Assembly (NCBI GenBank): GCA_051362555.1
Contig: CM120641.1
Span: 20,770,001-20,834,000, forward strand
Source of the DNA: Lingula anatina
Lineage: Eukaryota; Animalia; Brachiopoda
Reading direction: 5' to 3'
DNA: 64,000 nt
The notes under the pieces are model-generated. The model ran no database searches and was not told where the DNA came from. It saw only the letters and a program-made list of their open reading frames with translations. The translations under genes were made by a program, and so were the position numbers. Within the stretch, counting starts at the first letter, position 1. Each line of letters starts with the position of its first letter. Of the stretch, positions 52,821 to 64,000 are shown one piece after another.

Positions 52821-53305
52821 CTTATGTCAAATTATTGCCGCTATACGCGTTCAGATGCAACCGTATAGTTTCAAATAGTATAACTGAAACAAGAAGGACG
52901 GGTATATCATTCCCGGAGAACGATATTTACTCTATTTTCTGCTTAATTCCTATGGTTTACGGACATTTGTATCTTTTAATTATGATATAACAAGTATAGC
53001 AAGCACGGCCCCAGTATCACTGATTAGTATGAACCATGATATTATTACATAACAGGCCAAATTAAATGATACTAATTAGGCCGAAGGACATTTTTGATAT
53101 TATTTTGCCCTATATTCAGATCTCCAATAAACTATCTCATATATTTATCTAGTGACAACAAAAACAGGAACAATAATAATAATAATAATAGTAGTTGATA
53201 TGCTACATTACGCTGCACTACAACTCTCCACTACACTGTGTACAATGCAGTAGTGTATTTTACTGTTAATGTACTGTAGGCCTACTACCGTAATGTATAT
53301 AGATA

Positions 53306-53557
53306 TAGGGGAGTCCGGGGCTAGTTGGACCCCGGGGTAAGTTGGCCCCCCATCAATTTATGACAAAGTAACTATGGGGTAAAAGAACTGATCACATCAT
53401 TTTGTAAAGTGACCGTATCCGATAGTGCTAAGAAAGCGTCGGCAGTGAGTCCAAATGAAATAATTTAGCATCTTAAAGTAACTTTATTAAAGAGACTTGA
53501 TGTGGGGGAGGGGGGGGGGAACTTACCCCGGGGTCCAACTAACCCCTGTCTCCCCTA
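53306..53557. mobile_element. TA-flanked MITE with ~40 bp TIRs (Tc1/mariner-type)
   Basis: TAGGGGAGTCCGGGGCTAGTTGGACCCCGGGGTAAGTT ... AACTTACCCCGGGGTCCAACTAACCCCTGTCTCCCCTA. Confidence 0.8.
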
Positions 53558-53634
53558 GCCAATTGCACTTTTTAGTTAATTTGTTAATCGAAGGACTGAA
53601 ATGATGAACATATCCTCTCTTATATAAAGTACTT

Positions 53635-54873
53635 TCACTTGGATTGGACAGTATTGTATAAAGATTTATGGGCGTTGTTGTCCTTAGCGCTGCTTGGCTT
53701 TTTTCTTGTACGCAAGTGGTTGGCTGCTGAACCCGACAAAGAGGTGCTGAAAGTAGATTCCACAGAAAAAAGCTTTAGCTGCAATGGAAACTTTGTCCTG
53801 GTCTTTCTCGTTATCTTACACATAAGAAGATCCGTGAGAGATTTACGGAAGCTTGTTCCTATTGCGCAGTATATCAGAAAGTTCACTGCAGCGTTCAACG
53901 TGAGCAACGTATCTGTCACTTTGCTGAACACATTTAGTGATTGCTTGATCTTCATCGGATTCAGAACGTTGATAAAATAAAACACTTGTAACACAAAATC
54001 AGGTGTCTGGCAACCGATGAAAACCATGACCACAATGATAAGCAAGCGGGTGGTGTTGTACGCGCGAACCTTGTGCGTTTGCCGCTCTCTCAAAAACGCA
54101 CGTTGTTTGCGCGCCTGGCGTAGTGACAGGATCAACTTAACATTAATGACAGTCGCTGTTACAATGGGAACAACGTACATGACCAAAAAATATAAAGTCC
54201 AGCAGTAAAAGATGATATAGAATCGGTTTTTCTTAACGAAGGGATTTACTTCGGGTTTGCACATCGGCCTATTCTCATTTTGTGTGACCTTGGTCTCATA
54301 TTCAAAAAATCTTGGAATGTTGAACACGAAGCAGACGAGGTAAACGGTCAACACTGTGCGACGAGCGCGTGTGCGTATGGCATGACGCTGGCTCTTACTC
54401 TGCAGAGGGCGACACACGGCGAAATGTCTGTCTACTGCCACGACGACGACGAGCCATGTGCTGATATGCTGTAAGCTATACATGATGGGTCTCAGATATT
54501 GTATCATACAAGTATATATGTTCTTGGCGTAAAAAGTGGCCTGTCCCAGGTGGAAATAGATCCCTAGCATGGGTTTGTACAGAAACGTAGTCAGAAGGAA
54601 AAGAGCGTCCGATACTGCAAGGCCTCGTAGCATAATGGAGGTGGGAGTGATTGGTTTGTGTAGGGTAAATACTGTGATAACCATTATGTTCCCAAGGATG
54701 CCAAAGACACTCAGTGCTCCCCCGGCCACCGTGTTCACGTAGAACAAAGTCGCTGCGATAGTTTTGGACATTGGTGCCGCCGTGGTAGAAGCATTGGCGA
54801 CCAGGTCGGCGGGAGAAATTGTTACGTTCGTATCATCAAGAAGCCTGCTGCTGTAGAAGTGCCTATCGTCCAT
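53635..54873 (-). CDS. Class A (rhodopsin-like) peptide GPCR, FMRFamide/sex-peptide-receptor-like, single coding exon
   Basis: Seven hydrophobic segments with GN (TM1), LAVSD (TM2), DRH...AVCRPL (TM3), FNIPRFFE (TM4), CQTP (TM6) and NFLIY (TM7). A splice acceptor TTTCAG precedes the ATG. Confidence 0.92.
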   Translation of the reverse strand: MDDRHFYSSRLLDDTNVTISPADLVANASTTAAPMSKTIAATLFYVNTVAGGALSVFGILGNIMVITVFTLHKPITPTSIMLRGLAVSDALFLLTTFLYKPMLGIYFHLGQATFYAKNIYTCMIQYLRPIMYSLQHISTWLVVVVAVDRHFAVCRPLQSKSQRHAIRTRARRTVLTVYLVCFVFNIPRFFEYETKVTQNENRPMCKPEVNPFVKKNRFYIIFYCWTLYFLVMYVVPIVTATVINVKLILSLRQARKQRAFLRERQTHKVRAYNTTRLLIIVVMVFIGCQTPDFVLQVFYFINVLNPMKIKQSLNVFSKVTDTLLTLNAAVNFLIYCAIGTSFRKSLTDLLMCKITRKTRTKFPLQLKLFSVESTFSTSLSGSAANHLRTRKKPSSAKDNNAHKSLYNTVQSK

Positions 54874-56266
54874 TCTGAAAAGAATCGATAGATAAAAGAA
54901 TTGCAGAAATTTTAATCATATACCGTTACGATCATTTCTTTTCTAATAATTTTTTTTCCATTGTAAAGTCTATATTCTTATGCCACTGTTTTGTAGCACT
55001 GCTTCGCCATTGGTATTAAATCTCAAAATCTGTATTGCAATTTATTACAAACCTTCAGTTATAGGTCCCAAACGTTTGTCTACAAAGATTTTCCCTTTCA
55101 GATTTTATAGTATTTCCAAAGTCCCTTCTGCGTCATACATGTAAATTCTGCGACAGCCGTCTGTGAGTTTCCTCTGAAAAGCAATTCTGATCTGTCTTAC
55201 AGTTTCGTGAAATTGTATTTCTAGATAAGCTCATATGAAGAGCGCTTCCGCCGAGAAGATGGAAACCGATTGGTATTAAAACAATACTGACATTTTAAAT
55301 GTTAATCGCGTTTGGTTCAATTCCCCAAATACTTTGTACTGCGTAAAGAGGAATGGGACCCCCTGTATGCGCATGAAATTATGCTCCCCTGTTCAAAATC
55401 TCAGAAGTGTGCGCCAAACTTAAATACTACATCCCTCGTCTATAACGGTGTAAAATGTCGCATTTAAACTCCCGCTGGTTCCCTTGAACTTCAAAGCAAT
55501 GTGTTTTCTTGGATAACGACAGATTCCAGCCATTTTTTTCTGTTCAAAAAAGAATCACTTCAAGCGAAGGGTATGCTCGATTTGAATGGCAGACGCGAGG
55601 TTAAATCGTGATACTTTGAGGAAATCTATGCTTCGTATTGCATCAGAAATGACTAATAGATTCCCAGGAAATCAAGAAGTTTCTTGTCCCTTGACATTAT
55701 AAGCCTGCTAATAAAGATAGTGTATTAAGAGGCAGCGAGCACGATTTATCCATTAAGCATAAGAAGTGACGACGAATCTATTGAGATAGAAAATACTGGG
55801 GGAAAAACCCACTACTTAAAGAGCGATTTATCACGATTTTATTTTGGGCTCAGGTATGAGATATGTAATGCAACGGAGAAAAATGTTTCCTCTTGTAAAT
55901 CTTTCATAACTTTTCGATCTTACACGATTTCTTGTGAGATCAATCATCATCAGCAGCAGTCCTTGTCGTTATTCATTAGATTGGAAATACTATGGCAACT
56001 TTTCCATCCGATTACTCTTTCTTATGTTCATAAACGTTCTCTCGTGTTTAAGAAACGCCTGGTTTTCTTGCCGTAACCGTCGAGTTTCTGATAGGGGTAT
56101 TTCTTAACCATCGCATTCAACCATCGCATCGCAGGGGTATTTCCTAACCATCGTTTCTTTACCCTTGACGGAATATCTAATATCTGATGACCCTTCGACA
56201 TGAAGTAAAGAAAAATTAACACATTTTTTTCATAAATTTTCTTATTTATTTCGTTTGATTTATCAC

Positions 56267-56562
56267 TGTGAGAAAAATGTATACCGGTCTGTGAATAAAG
56301 TATATCCAAAAGGGAATCAGTTTTGCAAGGATTCGTTTCTTGATTGTTATCTGTCAACTTTATTCATTTTTTCACGCACGCAATTAAAACTGTATTCGTA
56401 AATGTTACGAGTTTTGTGAGAAAAATGTATATCGGTCTGTGAATAAAGTATATCCAAAAGGGAATCAGTTTTGCAAGGATTCGTTTCTTGATTGTTATCT
56501 GTCAAATTTATTCATTTTTTCACGCACGCAATTAAAACTGTATTCGTAAATGTTACGAGTTT
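56267..56562. repeat. Near-perfect 148-bp tandem duplication just 3' of the TSSK-like stop codon
   Basis: 56267-56414 matches 56415-56562 apart from a couple of substitutions. Confidence 0.92.
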
Positions 56563-56605
56563 TTTTTTCTGACGAGAAGTTCCTAAGGCCAGCTGCGGTA
56601 ACTTC

Positions 56606-59600
56606 TCATTCTTCTCTGTGTCGTGTCATTGCGGCGAACATGGATCGAAGATGCTGAAGTTCTTCTTTCTCTCGTTTTGAAATCTCGGGGGCGGTGTGCA
56701 TCCTGTAGGTTTCGGCAACCATGTTATTGGCGTAGTTTGCTAAGACGGCTCGCTTCTTCTGCTTCCCTGCACACACTGCAGCCTTAGATGCAAAACTGTA
56801 ATGGACTGATCGAAGTTCCTTGGAAACTTGGTCTTCTCGAAGCTTCGTCACGGAGGCCATGAGACGGTCCTGAGGCAAGTTGATCACTGACGAGGAGGAG
56901 AGCCCCTTGTGGCAACTCAGTCTGCGCAGTATGGTGGCGCCTAAACTGCCCTTTCGCAGCGGACCAGCGATGACTTTGGTTTTTGGAAGATGGTGGATGT
57001 CTGCTTGGCGATTAAGGATCACTTGAAACTCTGCAATTAATGTTTATTATTACCAAACAGATTACAATAAAGCAGTGCGTTATAGGATAATGTTGTGAAA
57101 CGACTTCGGCAAGAAAAAAAAACATGCTTATATTATGCTTGTATTATGTTTTAATTTCCTATTTGGCAGTCTTTCATAGGGAAATTTTTACCTGGCACTT
57201 TATGCAAGTCCTCCAGGATCTTCTTTGCCCCCTGTCCTGTAATCCCCAGTGTGGCGCCCATTCCTGGCAGACTCCATGACCGAAGATCAACTTTACTCTC
57301 ACCAGTGCTGGAAAGATATCAGTACATCAAAAATATTGCGAAGATGTCTAAATAGGCTTTGGCTATAAAGAGTTTTTTAACAAAAAGGACACAGTAGAAT
57401 AAATTATGACCTTTAAAAAGTCAAATTTTTTTGGTTTTATTTTTTAAATACACGAACTTCTTTCTCTTCTAAATCCCAAAATGATGAAAAAATGCGTTGG
57501 TTGTCACAGTCTTTTTAGGGTGAAAAGTATGCCGACATGCACACCCACCTGTGTTTGAGAGCCACAGAGCGCAACACCTTTGTGACTACCTTGGGTTTGA
57601 TCTCGACATTGTGCTGATCGCAAGAATACCCGTGTTCTGCATTGGGATTCAGTTCCACAGATGGTCGGCTCTCAACTACAGAAATGTTCAGAAACCTTAC
57701 CGCGCATTCATAATGAAAAACTCAACAACAAACCGTTTGGCAAGTAAGAATTGAAATTAAATCAATGTGACAGAATCCACCCCCACAACAAATCTATCTG
57801 AGCAACATAATCTCAATAATGAAATTGGAAAGAGCACTTCAACTATTCTGTTTTACTATAAGTCAATTATTTTCATCAAATTAGGATGCATAGGCTCCTA
57901 AATATAAAGGTCATGGAGAAATCAAATTTCTGGGCGAAACCTCCCCTACCTGAGTGCAAAGACACGTGAGACGCCAGAGGTGCTCCTGCCCCGGATACAC
58001 CCATGGGTTTACTGAGCCAGGAGCTGTGGCAGATCTCTTCCAAGGTGATACGCTTCTTTGGGTTGGGGCACAACATCGCGCGGATCAGAGTTTTGGCGTC
58101 TGAAAAAAAGGATTTGTTGCTAATAGTGGATGAATTTTGGAGATGATTGGCATCTACTTAAGGCAATAAATGGGGACTTTCTGAATATGCAAATGGGCAG
58201 TTAAATTCTATAGATGCACAGAAATAAAGTGTGAATATAAAACACACCAACGCAAGAAGCTAAACTGTGACAAATGTTAATAACTGGTGGTAGAAAATTA
58301 CCTTTGGAGATATGTCTTGTGAAATGGATTCGATCATTCATTGAAATTCTCAAAATATCGATATCTTCTTCGTGAAAGGGCAGCTTTCCACACAGCATGG
58401 CATACAGTGTCACCCCTGTACGTAAAGATTTTTTAAAACTATTTATTTAACCATTAATTTTTTAGATACTTTCTAGCACACACAAGTGCGCGAGCGCACC
58501 TACATCAATAATTTATGTCTTTATTCATGTACTTATCTTATCTATACAATCCTTGCTTCCTCTTTCATTGTACTTTTTTGATTTATGAGTTTGTCTCCTT
58601 GACTCATGCACTTACCCATGCTCCAGATGTCTGTCTTGAAGCCTTCATACGGGTCCCCGTCCAGGATCTCAGGGGCGGCATAAGCGTAGGAACCACAGCG
58701 TTGGGTCAACAAATCTCCTTCACTGGTGGGACAGGAGAAGCCAAAATCTGAAATTTGAATTAAACATATAAAATAATAAAACTTACCATTTTGTGTTTTT
58801 CTGCGACTTTCTTGTGTTTTGAGCTTCATCACACAGTTTCATTTATTTTATAAAATAAACAAGGCAATGTCTGAAAGACGAGACAGACAGGCGGACAGAC
58901 AGACAGACAGACATACGATTAAGCCAACAAAGATAACGAAAAAGGAAAAAATCAACAAACAAGCATTTTACCTGTAAGTTTCACGTTGAGTTCTTCGTCC
59001 AAGAGTACATTTTCACATTTGATGTCCCGGTGGCATATGTAGTTGTCATGGCAATATTTTACGACATCAAGAATTTGCCGAAATATTCTTCTCGCCTCTT
59101 CCTCACTCAGGTAGCCGTGTTTCAATATATAATCCAGTAAATCGCCATTCTCCGCGAGCTCCATCACCAGGTATAGGTTGTTAACGCTCTCAGCTGCCTC
59201 GTACAGTTCAATCTGGTAAAAGTTATATTTGCCGTGTTTTCAAACATTGCTTTAAATGTTAAAATACGACATTATGTTATGCGTGTCTTTTAAGAAATAG
59301 ATTAAAAAAATTTAATGGGTTTTCGTGATGAGATTTAACAGTGTGTTAGTTTTTCAATTCTGTTTTCTTTCTTTTTTTCTCACCTTTATTTATTTAATTC
59401 GTTCATTCATTTTTGGCAGCAAAGTGCGATTATGTTTATTTATTCATCATAATTTTGTCATTTTTACATTAAAGAGAATTTTGCTATTTTTTCAAGAAAA
59501 TGTAGAGGATCGCTCACTCATAACCTGCTTAACGGCTCCTTTCAAAACCAAAAAGTAATATTTTACCCACCTCAGGACTTCAGTATTTTCACGCCACATA

Positions 59601-59955
59601 TTATATACTGTCTATATGAAGGCAGATGATAGGACGTGAAACAGTTACTTACCATACCCGGGTGCTCCAAATTTTGCATAATCGCCACCTCAGCATCCAA
59701 ATATTCATCTTGCACTTCTGGCCTCAGCTTGTTCTTGTATATTATTTTGATGGCGACTTTCTTATTGGTTTTCTCGCAGTAAGCAAGCTTGATTTTTGAG
59801 AAAAGTCCATTGCCTATGGTTTTATCTAACTTATAGCCGTGCTTGACAATGCTGTATCTTGAATTGGCGTCTGGTTTCCAAGCTCCGCCCTTTTTCTTCT
59901 TCAAAACCACGGGTTCGTCTCTCAAGTCGAAAATGACTGGCGTCCAGGTTGCCAT
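56606..59955 (-). CDS. Testis-specific serine kinase (TSSK)-like CAMK-group kinase with long C-terminal tail, 8 exons
   Basis: Exons 59955-59653, 59212-58972, 58747-58616, 58415-58302, 58099-57950, 57675-57549, 57307-57192 and 57030-56606 join in frame. Motifs: GNGLFSKIK, VAIK, HRDIKCEN (the Cys typical of TSSKs), DFG, CGSYAYAAPE and DIWSMGVTLYAMLCGKLPF. Confidence 0.88.
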
Positions 59956-61414
59956 TATGCTCAGGTTTCTTCACGTCACTCAAGTGATTGAAAAAAATCC
60001 TCAAAATCTTACTTATCTACTGACAAGTTGGAAGATTTATAGAGCGTGTTTCCTGGTAGCGCCCTCCTGGTTGCATAAGCCCGCAGAAGAAAGACGTTGT
60101 CATGGCGTTCACATTATGGCGTCATAAATGTGCACGACGTAACTGAAAACTCGACATTAGAACGTCGCAGCAAAAGCTATAATTATAAAAAATATAAATA
60201 TCTATTACAATGATCATTAAATATTTAAACCTTTTTTTCGTTTTTCTTTTCCCGTTAAAAATTCACCCACGACCCTTGAAGGTATTTATATCCATGGGCA
60301 CGTCTTTTTATTGGAATCTAAAGATGTCTAGTTTATTAACCATTGGGAACCAACCTAATTCCAGCGTTTTTGAGGATGTTCAAAATTCGTTACCGCGCGT
60401 ATACTAATTTTACCAAAGAATCTATGCCTCTTGTAGTGTGACAAACACGTTATGTGAAGTTACAAGCTTGGCTCTTGCGATTTAGAATCTTGGTAAGTTA
60501 TTTTGTTTACAGCAGTTACGGTGCCTTGTACTGAACAGAGGTTGTTAATTAGATGAGATAATGTTCAAAAAGTTTTCAAATCTTAAAAGATGCAAGCCTA
60601 CCATAACAAAGTCTTGGGCCGTTTAAACAAATGTCGACAAGCCAACCTTTGCAGGCGCTTTCCGTAACTCTACAACTCTGGGAAAATTAAAAAGGCCTAT
60701 AAGCGTGGGTTTTTCATATTCCCCCATCATTTGGGGCAAGGAGTTAACTCTTTGACCCAGCTTGGAGCTCTGATATGTCTAGATGGCTGGCGAGGTTCGT
60801 CAGAATTACAAATAAATAGACCAGCATTTATCTGTTTAAATCATCAAAAAATATTACTTGCCTTTAGATAAGTTAATCAAGGAGTGGTTTGTGTACTTTT
60901 GAGTAAAACAAAAACTGTGTGCTGCCCCTTGAAAAGTGAAATGCCATCAGCCCAGATAGCATGGTAATAAACCATGCTGTTGCAACTGGGATGTCAATGC
61001 ACCTTAACCAGGCCATTTCTTTATCTTAAACATTATCTGAATAAAAGCTTTAGGGCATAAAGCAAATGCCTTTAATAATATTTATGTCTCCTCATTAACC
61101 CAAGCGAAAGGATAAGTAAAGGACAAACACAAATATAGTGTTCGAAATTTGGCCAATAGCGGCTGCTTTTATTGAGAGGTCCCTAATATGCTACTGTCAG
61201 TAACTTACAGGTACATAAAAAGATATTAGAAAATAAAAATGGCATTTCTTCTGTCCACAGACTAACAACCCAGCTTAAATGCTTTTATTTCAAGAATACC
61301 ATTCTTTGTCCATTCCCTTATGCAGAAACTTAACAATATAATTTAATTCAGTAATTTAAAAAGTTATCATATTCAGATTTTCTTCAGAGTGTATAGTTCA
61401 TTATGTTCATAGTT

Positions 61415-61797
61415 TCAAAATCCTTTCTTCTGTATAAATCTTACAGATGCTGATGCTTTATTTCTCTTTTTTAATGATTGACTTCTTTTTTCTGCAATTC
61501 TGACTTCATTTGCTTTCATCTGCCTGGAAAATAAAATATGTTTAAAATTTAGACAACCATGCGTATTGAAAAAATCATATATATGCTGAACTGACAACTG
61601 TAAACAAACTGAATACTGTCAATTTAAAGAACACCAATAATAACTGATACATAATAATTGCTCATATGTTGTATTTTGAAAACTTGAGCAAGTGCTGTAT
61701 GCATCTGAGTTGCAAATCAAGTAAAATTTAAACTTTTTTCTGTAACCCATAAAAGCTAGATTTAAAATAAATCTCTCTCTCTTTCTCACTCTCTCTC

Positions 61798-61857
<60 letters not shown>

Positions 61858-63475
61858 CGATATACATACTTTATAAGCTTTTTCATTATCTCCGCTTCAG
61901 ATGGAGGAGGTGGATCAGGTACACCTGCAGTCCAAATCATCTTCCTTATCCTTTCCAAACAGTCTGCCTTGTTTAGATATTGTTTCCTAGTCTTGTCAGA
62001 ACTGACCAACAGATAACCATCCTTTGTTATATTACTTTTCTCCTGTAAATAGAAGAAACAATATATCCTGTTTAATTACATTAAGCCATGATGTTAATGC
62101 TTCCACCAATATTTCATGAAAGAAAGGATCCTTTATGCATGTACCCTAACATATCTACTCAAATAAAATTTTTGTCACATTCAAAAGGGTGAAATTTCAA
62201 CCAATATAAACCACAAATGACACAGTCTTCCATATATATTACAGTGATAAAAACCAATACATGCTGCTCCCTCAACAAACTAATTCTACCTACCATTTCT
62301 TTTAGCCGTGGTCGGATCCAAACTGGTATCCAATCAGCACTATCGATGTGAAACTTTGCTTGGACTTTGGAGTTCACTAAAATCAATAATAGAAATAAAA
62401 TAATAACTGATTTTTCGGCATGCAAACATCCAACTTTCTTAGGAAGCAATGAATGAGTTTAAAAATCAATGTCACATTGTAAAAGTATTTATGCTCAAAA
62501 TGTCAAAATCAATTGGTGCTTAATTCAAAAATATAATTAGTTCACTATCTTACTACTACAACAGACTACATTCCCACAGATTTTAGATCCAATCTATCCC
62601 TGTGGGGAGTTTCACTACATTACTGTCAGCTTAGCCAGCTTAAATGTCTGCCCCGCCTACTGAAAGCTGTAAGGGGGTAATTAACTTCCGTGCACGCTCG
62701 GCTGACAGCATTTTGGTGTGAACCCAAGGGAGAAAGGTCGATCCAGATGGATCGATCTAAATCTGTGGGAATGCAGTCTTATTCATCATCTTATAACTTT
62801 AACCAGTTTTCATATCCTATGTTAGTTCATCTTTAACCATTTTCAACCTTCATGTTCGTCATCTTTACCTTTATTTACATGTTGTCCTCCAGGTCCACCA
62901 CTGAGTGTATACTTAAATTCCAAACTGCCTGTGTCACAAAAAAGTACATATTTATATAATAATTTACTGTGCAGCTTACAAATATAAACAAACAGGAATA
63001 ACCATCCAATTTATAAAGTCATCAAAGGAAGTAGCATAACTGATTACAACAGTAAGTCACTGGATGACCTTGTGGTTAAAGCATCTTCCTCCAGAGCAGA
63101 AGGATGTTGCTTTGATTCAGTTGGGGATATACATGTGTATAGTACCAGTCTTTTATACACAGCACCTTATGTCTGTTTGTTTGGCACTCAATCAGCATTT
63201 AAAGGCTGAAGCAGGGTTACTAATAAGTACCTGGTCTAGTAATGAAGTATATTGTACAGCCATATTTTCTCCAGGGAGGTGAGAATTATCTACTTGTTTG
63301 AATCAGATCCACACATTTTATAAAGCATACCGAGATGCAGTGTCATGCAGTACATATATAATTTTTGACTTACTGTCCCTTAATTAATAACACATTTAGA
63401 AAACACTTTACCTTCAGGAATATACCCATTAAATTCTTCTTGGGTCTCTGTTTCGGGCAATTCTTGAGAAGGTTC
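61415..63475 (-). CDS. MRPL58: Mitochondrial peptidyl-tRNA hydrolase ICT1/mL62 (5' end lies beyond the identified exons)
   Basis: Exons 63475-63412, 62928-62869, 62376-62294, 62042-61870 and 61523-61415 give FNGYIPEGSLEFKYTLSGGPGGQHVNKVNSKVQAKFHIDSADWIP...GYLLVSSDKTRKQYLNKADCLERIRKMI...NEVRIAEKRSQSLKKRNK. This contains the GGQ motif and a basic C-tail. Confidence 0.92.
61772..61856. repeat. Compound (CT)n(CA)n microsatellite in an ICT1 intron
   Basis: Seen directly in the sequence. Confidence 0.93.
62564..62778. mobile_element. MITE, family B, in an ICT1 intron
   Basis: GACTACATTCCCACAGATTT...AAATCTGTGGGAATGCAGTC; an inverted homolog of 25328-25539. Confidence 0.82.
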
Positions 63476-63679
63476 CTGAAATTTTACAAGTTTGGTATTA
63501 GTCCATGAAAAGGGTTAAAATCTAATTGCAATCTCATCTTTACAAGTCCTATTCCACATTTTATTATCAATTTTATATTAAAAACAAGACAATCACTCAG
63601 AAAACTATTCATTTTATCCCAAAGACAAAAGCAAAATTAAAGTTAGGGATCATGTTATCGGAATCCCACTGTGCCTTTG

Positions 63680-63915
63680 GGACCATTCTCACAGATATTT
63701 GGATCCATCTATCTCCCTGGGGAGTCTCACTAAATTGCGATTAACTTAACCAGTTTAAACATCTGTCATGCCTAGTTAAACTGTTAGGGGGCAATATTAT
63801 AGCTGATTCGGTAGGCGTGTGACAGACATTTAAGCCTCTTGAGCTGATAGCAATTTAGCGTGAACCCCCAAGGAGTTAGGTCGATCTAGATGGATCGATC
63901 AAGGTATGGGAACCC
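63680..63915. mobile_element. Diverged MITE, family B
   Basis: Shares ggggagtctcact...caatttagcgtgaaccccca.ggagttaggtcgatctagatggatcgatc with the other two copies. Confidence 0.7.
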
Positions 63916-64000
63916 ATTCTGGGAGACCGATCCCAGAGACTATCGTACTAACTTTGTGTCGAACTATCTCCAAGGGGATTCTCGCTTTTAAAATGCAATT

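Noticed and set aside
53635-54873. GPCR as a receptor for the synthase product
   Set aside because: It is ~40 kb away with unrelated genes in between and belongs to a commonly expanded peptide-receptor family; nothing in the sequence links the two.

Overview
AT-rich eukaryotic (animal, probably lophotrochozoan/mollusc-like) genomic DNA with spliceosomal genes, microsatellites and MITEs. The left 15.5 kb is a tandem array of three intact minus-strand genes for a PLP-dependent alpha-oxoamine synthase. Their motifs resemble the bacterial quorum-sensing autoinducer synthases CqsA/LqsA more than animal SPT, ALAS or KBL. Each copy has an uninterrupted CDS, a short GT-AG intron in the 5' UTR and an N-terminal extension resembling a mitochondrial presequence. 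This points to a domesticated, amplified, horizontally acquired gene. The rest is ordinary animal gene content: a CDR2/CDR2L-like coiled-coil gene (+), tRNA-Leu(UAG) (-), eEF2 kinase (+), an orphan basic ORF (-), a class A peptide GPCR (-), a TSSK-like kinase (-) and the 3' part of ICT1/MRPL58 (-). Family assignments come from motifs recalled from memory, not from database searches. Exon boundaries were placed by eye.
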